64,000 nucleotides of DNA from Lingula anatina (lineage: Eukaryota > Animalia > Brachiopoda), in assembly GCA_051362555.1 (NCBI GenBank), contig CM120640.1:34243967-34307966 (forward strand), in the 5' to 3' direction. This document shows positions 13,401 through 24,772 of the stretch, in pieces (positions within the stretch are counted from its first letter, which is position 1; the number at the start of each line of letters is the position of its first letter). Both the position numbers and the translations under genes were made by a program. The notes under the pieces are model-generated. The model searched no databases, had not been told where the DNA came from, and saw only the letters and a program-made list of their open reading frames with translations.

Positions 13401-16400
13401 AGTGGACCAAATGAATCAATGACAGGAATTCAAATTGGACATTACTAATATCAAACTATACTAAGCAAATCAGTTACTCGAGTTCAAACTGACATTACTT
13501 AAATAAAAGTGGACCAAATGAATCAGTTACTGGAGTTCAAATTGACATTACTTAAATCAAAGTGGACCAAATGAATCAGTTACTGGAGTTCAAATTGACA
13601 TTAATTAAATCAAAATGGACCAAATGAATCAATTACAAGAATTCAAAGTGACATTACTTAAATCAAAGTGGACATTACTTAAAATCAGCAAAGATGATCA
13701 ATAACAGGAATTCAAAGTGAAATTACTGATATCAAACTATACAAAGCAAATCATTTACTTGAATTCAAAGTTACATTGCTGATATCAAACTATACTAAAC
13801 AAATCAGTTACTCGAGTTCAAATAGACATTACTTAAAATCAACAAAGATGACTAATTACACAAATTCAATGTGACATTACTGATATCAAACTATAATAAG
13901 CAAATCAATTACAAACATTCAAAGTGACATTACTTAAAATCAACAAAGATGACCAATTACACAAATTCAATGTGACATTACTGATATGAAACTATACTAA
14001 GCAAATCAATTACAAGAATTCAAAGTGACATTACTTAAATCAAAGTGGACCAAATGAATCAATTACAAGAATTCAAAGTGACATTACTTAAAGAAAGTGG
14101 ACCAAACGAATCAATTACAGGAATTCAAAGTGACATTACTTAAATCAAAGTGGACATTACTTAAAATCAACAAAGATGATCAATAACAGGAATTTAAAGA
14201 GACATTACTTAAATCAAAATGGACCAAATGAATCAGTTACTGGAGTTCAAATTGACATTACTTAAATCAAAATGGACCAAATGAATCAATTACAAGAATT
14301 CAAAGTGACATTACTTAAATCAAAGTGGACCAAATAAATCAATTACAGGAATTCAAATTGACATTATTTAAATCAAAGTGGACATTACTTAAAATCAACA
14401 AAGATTATCAATAACAGGAATTTAAAGAGACATTACTGAAATCAAACTATACTAAGCAAATCAGTTACTTGAAATGAAATTGACATTACTTAAAGTCAAC
14501 AAAGATGATCAATAACAGGAATTTAAAGAGACATTACTTAAATCAAAGTGGACCAAACAGATCAATCACAGGAATTCAAAGTGACATTACTGAAATCAAA
14601 CTATACTAAGCAAATCAGTTACTTGAAATGAAATTGACATTACTTAAAGTCAACAAAGATGATCAATAACAGGAATTTAAAGAGACATTACTTAAATCAA
14701 AGTGGACCAAACAGATCAATCACAGGAATTCAAAGTGACATTACTGATATCAAACTATACTAAGCAAATCAGTTACTTGACTTTACATGTATCAATTATG
14801 ATAAACAAACCAATTACCTGAATTCAAGGTGAAATTGCTCAAATCAAAGTGGACCAAGCAGATCAATTGCATGAAATGAAAGTGACGGTACTGAAATTGA
14901 AGTGAAACAAACAATTAATGGAATTCAGTGACAGTAGTTAAATCAAACTATACTTAAGCAAATCAGTTACTTTAATCCAAAGTGAAATTACTCATATCAA
15001 ACTATACTAAGCAAATCAGTTACTTGAAATGAAATTGACATTACTTAAAGTCAACAAAGATGATCAATTACAGGAATTCAGAGTGACATTACTAATATTA
15101 AACTATACTAAGCAAATCAGTTACTCAAGTTCAAATTGACATTACTTAAATCAAAGTGGACCAAATGAATCAATTACAAGAATTCAAAGCGACATTACTT
15201 AAATCAAAGTGGACCAAATGAATCAATTACAGGAATTTAAAGTGACATTACTGACATCAAACTATACTAAGCAAATCAGTTACTCGAGTTCAAAAAGACA
15301 TTACTTAAATCAAAGTGGATCAAATGAATCAATTACAAGAATTCAAAGTGGACATTACTGATATCAAACTATACTAAGCAAATCAATTACAAGAATTCAA
15401 AGTGACATTACTTAAATCAAAGTGGACCAAACGAATCAATTACAGGAATTCAAAGTGACATTACTTAAATCAAAGTGGACCAAATGAATCAATTACAGGA
15501 ATTCAAAGAGACATTACTTAAATCAAAGTGGACCAAATGAATCAATTACAAGAATTCAAAGTGACATTACTTAAATCTATATCTATAGTAAGCAAATCAG
15601 TTACTTGACTTTACTTGTATCAATTATGATTAACAAAATTACCTGAATTCAAGGTGAAATTGCTCAAATCAAAGTGGACCAAGCAGAGCAACTGCATGAA
15701 ATGAAAGTAACGGTACTGAAATTGAAGTGAAACAAACAATTAATGGAATTCACAGTGACAGTAGTTAAATCAAGCTATACTTAAGGAAATCAGTTACTTT
15801 AATCCAAAGTGAAATTACTGTATCAAACTATACTAAGCAAATCAGTTACTTGACATGAAATTGACATTAGTTAAAGTCAACAAAGATGATCAATTACACA
15901 AATTCAAAATTGCATTACTGATATCAAACTATACTAAGCAAATCAATTACAAGAATTCAAACTGACATTACTTAAATCAAAGTGGACATTACTTAAAGTC
16001 AACAAAGATGATCAATTACAGGAATTCAGAGTGAACATTACTAATATCAAACTATACTAAGCAAATCAGTTACTTAAGTTCAAATTGACATTACTCAAAT
16101 CAAAGTGGACCAAACGAATCAATTAAAGGAATTCAAAGTGACATTACTAATATCAAAATATACTAATATATAATATAATATAATAATATACTAAGCAAAT
16201 CAGTTATTTGAATTCAAAGTGACATTACTTAAATCAAACTTTACTAAGGAAATCATTAACTTGGAATTTAAATTTAAATTGATTTAACCTTAATCAAAGT
16301 GAACAAAACTAATCAACTACTTGAATTCAAAGTGACACTCAGTATAAAATAATATTACTTAATTGAAAATTGAAAGAAAAAATCAATTATTTAAATTCAA

Positions 16401-16700
16401 AGTGGCATTTAAACCAAATTATAAAAAGCAAATCAGCAACATCATTTGAAGTCAATGTTGAAGTGACAAAGTGGATGAAACAAATCAATTACTTTAAAAC
16501 AACATAACTTGTATCAAATTGGGTGTAACCAAAGTGAGCCATAGAAATCAATTACTTGAAAACAACAATGCTTTAGTCAATGAGGAACAAAATTTCAATT
16601 ACTCAAATTCAAAGTAACATGAAAACCAAACCACATCATTTAAAATTTAAGTCCAAGTGACATTGCTTACCTGTGTACATCAAAGTGGACCAAACAAATC
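10430..16700. repeat. Modular satellite with a 53-bp monomer and higher-order blocks
   Basis: Shared core gaattcaaagtgacattact followed by alternative modules: A taaatcaaagtggaccaaatgaatcaattacaa, B gatatcaaactatactaagcaaatcagttactc, C taaaatcaacaaagatgatcaataacag. A longer block (gacttt..gacggtactgaaattgaagtgaaac) recurs near 11705, 12345, 14778 and 15605. Edges are degenerate. Confidence 0.95.
12649..12679. mobile_element. DNA-transposon excision footprint: 17 nt of terminal repeat between 7-bp direct repeats
   Basis: tttggac (12649-55) + cttggacctaaatagag (12656-72) + tttggac (12673-79); the 17-mer is identical to the first 17 nt of the terminal inverted repeat at 21083. Confidence 0.8.
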
Positions 16701-16779
16701 AAGTTCTTCGCTTGAGAGTATTTTACAACACAATACATTCAAACCTTTGCAAATCCACAACTGCTGAACGCCCTCACTA

Positions 16780-17210
16780 CGTTTCACGCGGAAATTTAAA
16801 TGGCGGGAAATTCAAAGTGTCGACCACGCTTGGTTGTTTCATTGATTGGCAAATGAATCTGAAAACCACACGAAACAACATTTTCTTATTGCCCAGAATT
16901 CTTCATAATGCCCTAAAACTGGAGCTGATTTAAGCATTTTCAAACTAATCCAGTAGATGCATGACCCCGTCAAGGCAATTCAAGAAGTGCGACAACGTCC
17001 TTACTTACACGTACGTAGTTTTCAAGTTCCAACAAACAGCTCCAGTATCTCTCTTCTTCGCCACCAGGTCAGGAATGAACAAAAGAGTGGCGCGAATACT
17101 GATTTTATACTACGCAGTGCCCTCTAGGTCATGTGACCAAAATGTGACATGTTGTAGATGACCAGACAAAGACCACACTGACTTCTTATTGTCATGTACG
17201 TGACGTCAAT
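16780..17210. promoter_or_regulatory. Promoter-like CpG-enriched patch (E2F/CHR, CCAAT, CRE)
   Basis: TGGCGGGAAATTCAAA at 16801-16816 (E2F site next to a CHR-like TTTGAA), ATTGG at 16845, TGGCGCGAA at ~17088, TGACGTCA at 17201-17208. Confidence 0.5.
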
Positions 17211-18470
17211 AGAGAAGTACGAGCTGTAGCACTAATCGCATCTTGGCAAAAAGCCAAACGTAGTTAGTAACTACTGCTTCCCAGTCTACTCTCCCTCCAC
17301 TCTGCTAATGAAAGAGTAGTCAGTCAAACCATGGGCTGCAGAAAACATATACTTCCATGGTTTTAATTGGGAAAGGGGGAAATATGTCGGGGACATTTAA
17401 AAATCACCTGCATGTGTTGGTAACCTCACGTTATGTCTTTTTAGGCCGTAATTTTTTTTATAATACGTTGTGTAAAATCTAAAGAGGTAAAGTAGGCTTG
17501 CTAATTAATTTGATTAAGAAGTTAGTTCAAGAATTCTTTGTTGTCTTTGCTTGATATTAAAGAGTGGAATTCCCCACAAATAGTCAATAGTATTAACGCG
17601 ATATCCAACCAAAAAGTTTACAGCAGTACGTGTCCGTATTTCAAGCATGTTTGACATTTTAAAGTTTTTACCAAATTTGCGTGGTTCCCGACATGTCATT
17701 ACGATCCAGAAGCTTGTAACTTTTTATCCCTATGAATCTTTATTTACTGATAAAACACCCCTTCACATACAAGGTGCAATCGTCAGATTATGGACCATAC
17801 ATCTAACTACATTGAATAAATAAATAGATAGATAGATAAATATTATTACATAGAAAATAATTTTATAATCAAACCGTATGTGAGGTTTGATCCCGCTCGG
17901 GTATGTCACCTTGATTGGTTAGAAATTAATTTTAGAAAAATCGCTATATGATTCAAAACCGGAGGATTAAAAAAAAACACATAAAACGACCCTAGAGGGC
18001 CACGCAAGTCCACCACAAAATCAAAATCGGTGGGAAATCTATAAAAAAAAATGTGTCTGACCGTCGGAGTATACGAGGCAGCTCGTAAAAATTATACCCG
18101 CAACATAGTTCTACTGAACTTAGAAAAAACTATTTCAGTCTAAGATCTACAATAACTTAGATTAACAGAAGAAGTGGCGACAGTCCCATCCAAAAATCTC
18201 CTTTAAAAATAGACTAGACATACATGTACTACAGTATACTAGAAAAGTCCAAAAATATCATACGAAAAATTACAAGCCATCCATCGGAAGTGGCCATGGC
18301 GATAAAACTGTAAATTGGGAAACTAAGGGATTTCAAGGGTCTGGCGAAGAGAACCTTTAGGTCCTGTGCTAAAAAATGTGTCTGACCGTCGGAGAAAACA
18401 TTCAGAAATAGGAATTAAGTGGTTTCGGACTACTAAAAAAACTTTCGTCATGCCACCACCCGAAAAACAA

Positions 18471-18768
18471 CAGGGGCGGATCCAGGATTATTTGAAGTGG
18501 GATCCACGGATGCCAAGCCGTCCTCATCCCCCCCCCCCCCCCCCCCCCCCACCACCACCACCACCACCACCACCACCACCCGGCGTGGGGTTCGGGGCAC
18601 GCTGATGGGCCCCGAAAATTTTGGTATTTTAGAGGGCGAACGGTGCCATTTGGTACGGTTTAGAAATTCTAATTGCAAGAGAGGACCATTGGTTTGATTT
18701 TTTTCAAAAATCGAAGGGGGGGGGGAGGGTAGTCAGGAGCCCCCTGACCACCCCTAAATCCGCCACTG
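18471..18768. mobile_element. Non-autonomous DNA transposon (MITE), copy 1
   Basis: Termini CAGGGGCGGATCCAGG..CCTAAATCCGCCACTG form an imperfect inverted repeat; internal ttttggtattttagagggcgaa and gaccattggt are shared with 57691-57939; contains a poly-C/(CCA)n tract. Confidence 0.8.
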
Positions 18769-19137
18769 TAACAACACATACTAAAATCCACAACCACGAA
18801 TATCTAAAGGAAGAAATAATGAAAATAATAATAAAGTCAAATTTTGGGAAGAATTGCAGAGAGGCAAAAACAACAAACTCATAAAATATGGTAAAATTAA
18901 ACCTACTTATGAGGCTTGTCAGGAACCATAGTATAGAAAAAAGTGTAATTAGTAATTTTAAAACTTTCATACATGTTGTTGTATTAACTCAATCAGAGGA
19001 AGCCATTGTTTGATAAAATTCAGACATGGGAAGCCAAGTTGTAGCCAAGTTGTTCAGTTAATGCTTCACACCTTGCAATTCAAATTTTAATGTTCTTTGT
19101 TCCAAAACCAGTAATCTGCTAGACCTGGATTACAGGG

Positions 19138-19445
19138 TGTTATTAGGAGTGCCCACCAGGAAGAGGGTGGACTTGTGTATGAAGTAACCAATCAGTTTTT
19201 AAGTTATGTGATGGACAGTTTAACTGATAAAGTTTGGTATAAAAAATCTGTAAACTTAAATCTAGGGGAAAGAGATTGGAGATGTAGAGAGTAGTATAGC
19301 CTAGTATGTAGTACGTGAGATTGGAGAGAGAGAAGGAGAGAGAAGTCATACTTGTATCATGTAACTGTTAGTGAAGCAAAATATATTCTGTTGAAGTTAC
19401 AACATGAAGTCGTTTCATTCTTTTCCGTGTGCGAAATTTAAGACA
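19138..19445 (+). mobile_element. Possible solo LTR
   Basis: TG..CA ends, CCAAT (19187) and TATAAAA (~19238) boxes, GA-rich body; flanks only approximately duplicated (aggg/agga). Confidence 0.3.
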
Positions 19446-19619
19446 AGGAACCTGGGAATCTCTGTAGCAGTATTACAGATAGCGTTATCCAAAGATGTGA
19501 GCCCATTGAGCACAAACCCTGGGGTTTTAATATTAAAAGGGTATTTTATGTAATGTGGGGCCCCGGGATGGTCTAAAGGGGGGTTCCCCACAGGCTGAAC
19601 TTTATCTAAAAGTCAGTGT

Positions 19620-20225
19620 TCTTTTAGCTAAAAAAGGTCTTGGCAAAAATGAGGATCAGTGATCATGAATTAGAAACTCCAGAGACGCCAATTGACGAAA
19701 GGAAATGCCCCCACTGCGACTCAATAGAGGATGCATGAAGCACACTTTTTTCTAGAATGCAGTTAACACAGAGCCAAACGGGAAATACTCTTTGCCTCCG
19801 TACCAGAGGTAAATTTGCAGGGTCCAACAGACAATAAACTATTTTACTTAATCCACTTTGCCATATATAAATTCGTAAACAGTAGGGCTAATTCAAAAGC
19901 GTGTATCCCCGCGTAGATTATAGTAGGCCTATAGTTTGCCACCTATTATTACTGTATATTATATTTTGTAGTAGTTAGAGAGCCTGTAAATGTGGGGCCG
20001 TAGCAATAGTCCGAAGGTTCAATAGTCCGAAGGTTCATTGGTCCGAATATTTACTATAGAACCTTCGGATCAATGAACCCTTGATTAAAAAATCGATGAA
20101 AATGTTACCACTTTTCGGACCAATGAACCTTCGGACCAATGAACCTTCGGACTATCGAGACGCCCCCGTAAATGTAAACCATTTCTTGTGCTCAATAAAT
20201 TATTATTTATATTTATTATTAATAA
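19620..20225 (+). mobile_element. Decayed LINE 3' end (L2/CR1 group), interrupted by a MITE
   Basis: Frameshifted ERKCPHCDSIED..HFFLEC zinc-knuckle-like C-terminus at ~19695-19760; ends in AATAAA plus (TTA)n at ~20194-20220. Confidence 0.6.
19994..20167. mobile_element. 174-bp MITE with subterminal 16-bp repeats and an 8-bp target-site duplication
   Basis: Left (aatagtccgaaggttc)x2 attggtccgaa mirrors right ttcggaccaatgaaccttcggaccaatgaaccttcggactat; TSD gtaaatgt at 19986-19993 and 20168-20175 (8 bp fits hAT or Merlin). Confidence 0.85.
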
Positions 20226-20469
20226 AGATCACAGCTAATTGGCATACCTCAAAATACATTACTTCTCGCTTATTAATGGAATCTTCAATAATACTTTAAA
20301 ATATAAAATATACCTTATAATTTAATATAATAAATTCTTATGCGAGGCCTTTTTATTAATTAAGTGATATTTCATAGAATTTAGAGCTAAAAAAACGCCA
20401 TAAACCGTCCTGTTGACCTTGTTCTCATAACAAGGACCTTAGATTGTCAAGGAACTGTTTTGTTCCTGT

Positions 20470-20590
20470 GCTCAGCCGAGCGTGGTGAGCACGTGATAAG
20501 CTCGCGTGATCACGAGGATCGGAGGATATACTTTCGCGCCAAAATCCTGCGTGTTAAGACAAAGAAGTAGAGAACTTCTATGGTTAAGAT
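20470..20590 (+). promoter_or_regulatory. Probable promoter / first exon region of the tandem-exon gene
   Basis: CpG-dense patch with CACGTG (20490-20495) and canonical E2F site TTTCGCGCC (20532-20540); a donor GGA|gtgagt at ~21035 suggests a 5'UTR exon. Confidence 0.5.
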
Positions 20591-21714
20591 AAGAATTTCA
20601 GTCAAACCATGAATGTTATTTTTGTGATAAAATTACTTATGACGAATGACAACACGGAAGTTTTTACGCAATGATCTACTTTACATTTAAAAAAATAGAC
20701 CCCTAGCTTAACATGTTAATTTAAGTTCGTGCAATGTTTCTTCTCGGTTGTTCACTTAAGTTAAGTATCAGTGTTGACCATACCATACCATACCATATTC
20801 AAACATATATTTTGCAGTGTATGCAGTGAAATATTCTGTCTGTATCGGACCTTCTTTTTCTTTCTGTATGCGGATCGATCATGATCGAGGCAAAGTGGTT
20901 GGTAAATAAATATGACTGCAAATTCATGTGCAAAGATTGTCAGGAAGCTTTAATACTAGTGCTGATTTTGTTTGACAACAATCGTTTACAACAGCTGACA
21001 ATACACTGCTCAATTAAGAGGATTCCCCAAGAGGAGTGAGTATACGCCAGTTTTGCTAGTGCTATATCTTTGTTAGTAGATTCTTGGACCTAAATAGAGA
21101 AGGACAAGTAACGCGGAGAAAGATCAAAGGATAATCGGCTTAGCGCGAGCTCTTCGCGAAACGATGTGCTTTCGGATCACGTGACCTCCCGTACAGGTAG
21201 CGAGCATATCGCCGCTGTTGATGACTTTTTGTGTCATTTGGACAGGTAGCTGGTGATAACGCGAGGAAAACGTTCGGGTGGATGAGTCAAGACACTTATA
21301 GAGATAAAATGTAAGTACAATTTCTTTTGCTATTTTGGATGCTAGATGAGAATAAGGTATGTTTGTTCATGGGGGAATTCAAATGCCCAATATGGTGAAG
21401 GCAATCGTGTTTGTTGCCGTAAAATGAGTGTTTAAAATTGTACAACTGCGGTGTCGAATACTTGTCTTTAGCTATAATCCGATAGAAAAATATTTCTAGT
21501 CTCGAAATTTTACCTCTATGTAAAGAATTAGCCATAGATGCGGCAATAATTTAACCTCAAATCGTGTTTTGAATTGAAATGACGCAATTCCTCTCCGATT
21601 TATTCGACTCGCCGACATCGTTTTAGGTCTGGTATTTTTTACGTACGGTTTAGATAAAGGTAGCATCAACACCGCTGTGTACTATATGTATAGGTATATG
21701 TTACTTGCTTAAGT

Positions 21715-22315
21715 GAGCCCGAATTATGGAATGATAATTAATATTTTTAACTCTTAATATGGGCTCTCGTTGCAACATGGCACCACACATGCAATTGTGA
21801 CACACAAAAACGCACCTGTGATCCTTTTAATATCCTTTTATCAAAGTTGACATTAACACTGCTCTGAAGTATATATATATTTACACATTACCGGCTACAG
21901 TCAGCTCCGGTCTGAGAATGATAATTATTATTTTTATAACTCTCAATATGGGCTATCATTGCAATATGGCACAACACATGCAATTATGACACACAAAAAC
22001 GCACCTGTGTTCCTTTTAATATCCTTTTATCAAAGTTGACATTAACACTGCTCTAAAGTATATATATATTTACACATTACCGGCTACAGTCAGCTCTGGT
22101 CTGAAAATGATAATTATTATTTTTTTGACTCTCAATATGGGCTATCATTGCAATATGGCACCACCCATGCAATTGTTACACACAAAAAACGCACCTGTGG
22201 GCCTTTTAATATCCTTTTATCAAAGTTGACATTAACTCTACTCTGAAGTATATATGTATATTCACATGACCGGCTAAAGTCTGCTCCAGTTTGAGAATAA
22301 TAATTATTAGTTTTT
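21715..22315. repeat. ~180-bp tandem repeat, about 3 copies, inside the transposon
   Basis: gaatgataatta..ctctcaatatgggct..ttgcaa..acacaaaaacgcacctgtg..ccttttaatatccttttatcaaagttgacattaac repeated three times. Confidence 0.9.
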
Positions 22316-23893
22316 CATTTTTAAATTGGATTCCCTAAACAGAATAAAGACGATTGACAAACACCCTCATTGGTCTTATAGTGAAAGTGTATATGTGGAC
22401 ATGTACACATGCAAAGTTCATGATTACATTTACTCGGGTAATGGTCATAAAAGTAGATCTTGATCACATTTGTGATAAGAGTCTCACCTCTGTAATTGCC
22501 TTGCTACATTGTATTATCTTGTTATCAGGTGCTTGAAATCTTTGAAATAATCCTGAGACATGCCTTTGGATAGCACCTAGCTGGCTTTATCAAATCATCA
22601 AAGGGCCAGACGGCTTAGTTACCTGGCTGATAATGATCTAGAAAGTCCATGCCCAACAAGGGAAGTAAATTTAACTAGAGGGAAAATCTACCTGACAGGT
22701 AGAATCTTGAGATGCATTTGATAAGGCTTACCTGTGGCTCAAATGTCCAAGTAGAAGTAAAAAAGGCAATTGTCATTTATAGTAGTTTGTGATAAAAACT
22801 TTCTTATTCTCTTCCAGATTCTCTCCACAAGATGCCGGAAAGTTAAAATTGGACAATGCACCATTGCCCAAGAGGAGACGCACTAATTAAACATTTGGAC
22901 AGTAATTCACATAGGTCAATGAGAAATTAGTTTATACCTTTTATAAATAAGTTAATACTACTTGGATACAAATAGGAAAGAACTCCAACATGACTTTCAC
23001 AAAAAGAGACAAGACAAGAAAACTGCACATTAGTCTACATGTATTGTATATTCATCATCACTAGCTTTGTAACAAGCATTTTAAAATTTTAATGTTTACT
23101 TTTATAAGAATAAATATTGGAATGTACTCAAGTTGTTTTATATTTCCTATCTTATAATGAAAAAAAATCAAATGTAAAAAACATGGATTACATGTTTAGA
23201 CAGTTTTTTCTTGCTTGATTGAAATTGCATATTCAATTACCTCAGAATACACTAACTACAGGTTTAAAAAATCTGATCCTGATAAAATTCATACTCACAT
23301 TTGACATTGACCCTCTTGCAGTGATATGCGTCTTATTTGTTAGAATACACTAACTACAGGTTTAAAAAATCCTGATAAAATTCATACTCACATTTGACAT
23401 TGACCCTCTTGCAGTGATATGCGTCTTATTTGTCAAATCTTTTATTATTTAAAGTTGTGTAAAAAAAAAAGGAAGTGAAAAGAAATAAAAAGAAGATTTT
23501 TTATATCAAATATATGCATTTTTTATTACCATAAGATCAGTATTGGTGAAATTAATCTCATAATGTAAACGGGTAACTTTTAATGAAAAATAAAGGGAAA
23601 TATAAATGAAAGATAGTTGCTGAATGAAAAAAACAAATATTATAAATACTTATAATAAGTTCTTGAATTACGACTGCTTTTCAGTTACTGAAAACAGAAA
23701 GCCATATTTTGGTACCTGGTGTATTATTTTCTACCAAACTAATACGACAAATCTGACTCTTAAATAACTAATTAAAATTAATGTAAACCTAGATGAAATT
23801 TCTAATTAAGATCTTAATTGCTAAGTGAAAAAACCCAATTGTTATAAATGCACAAGATCATACTGTCTGTTTGTTGAAAATCTAGGTAATAAT

Positions 23894-24107
23894 TCAAGCT
23901 GTAATTCTACTGTTCCTTTTGAGAGACTTTCTCAATCCTTTTTCTTTCGTAGATGCAGACACAGATTCTTGGTACTTTTCTTTAAGCTGTCTGCGAAATG
24001 AGTGGCCCCTAATGGTAATATATAATTTCACAAACATGCTAAAAAGGTCCATTTTTAATTTGTCTGATTCACCAGCAGTCAGTTCTTGTGTAAATTTGAT
24101 TGATCTT
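23894..24107 (-). pseudogene. Relic C-terminus of a transposon-encoded protein (P/THAP9-like terminal helix)
   Basis: The - strand reads RSIKFTQELTAGESDKLKMDLFSMFVKLYITIRGHSFRRQLKEKYQESVSASTKEKGLRKSLKRNSRITA*; the L..I..Y..IR plus basic tail pattern resembles P-family transposase C-termini from memory, not from a search. Confidence 0.45.
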
Positions 24108-24772
24108 CCGGGGTGTCACAGCTACTGGTACATGTAGGAATGAGATTTCCGGTCGTTGGGTGCATATTCCTGTCCTGTCAGAGACTACCTTACGGACAGG
24201 GAAAGGCAGCAGGTATTGAAGACAAACTTCACACCCTGTTTTTATGAGGTAACGGGGAAAAATGCCGAAAACCCCTCAATAAATTTCCACGTGTTGGCGG
24301 AAACCTGTGTGCTCGCAACTGCAAGATGGCGGCAATGCTGTATCATAGCAACCATGAGGGACTGCGAGAAATTGCGTTATCAATGCAGAGAAACAATAGA
24401 AATGCACTGAAGCACAGCGCGCGCTACCTTGATAATAAGCTGTTCAGACGCCCGTGGAGCTATCAAAACAGATTATGTGAGACAATAGGCGAATGTTTAC
24501 CCGAACGCACATAGCTTCAAAGGAAGATGCCGCGTTTCTTGTCCTTCTCTATTTAGGTCCAAGGTAGATTTTGCTAAAAGAATTATGTGCATACATAAAT
24601 ATGCATTAAAGGCCTTTAACCACATTAATGGACCGTGTATAGCCCGTCTTATCTCTCTTTTTCTTTATCCAGAGCAGACATTTGGACCACAAGGTCATAC
24701 AACTTATAACATATTTTATATTTGTCAGGAGAAGTACTAATACTTGAAGTGAATGCCTTAAAGAAAGCCAGG

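Larger units (their letters stand above)
10177..17100 (-). ncRNA. Candidate spliced lncRNA or small-ORF transcript whose intron is the satellite
   Basis: Consensus donor CAG|GTAAG at 16671/16670, a second donor GTAAGT at 17008-17003, and a strong acceptor ttttatcttcctcag| at 10277/10276; promoter-type motifs lie upstream. No expression evidence. Confidence 0.3.
21083..24563. mobile_element. 3481-bp internally deleted DNA transposon, probably P/Galileo-like
   Basis: 34-bp terminal inverted repeats with 1 mismatch (21083-21116 cttggacctaaatagagaaggacaagtaacgcgg; 24530-24563); perfect 7-bp TSD gtagatt (21076-82, 24564-70); relic coding frame on the - strand. Confidence 0.9.

Noticed and set aside
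10430-16700. CRISPR-like array (constant core plus variable intervening sequence)
   Set aside because: The intervening parts are a few recurring modules rather than unique spacers, there are no cas genes, and the context is a spliced animal genome
18366-18970. Pro-, Thr- or Val-rich ORFs
   Set aside because: Translations of a poly-C/(CCA)n tract inside a MITE and adjacent AT-rich DNA
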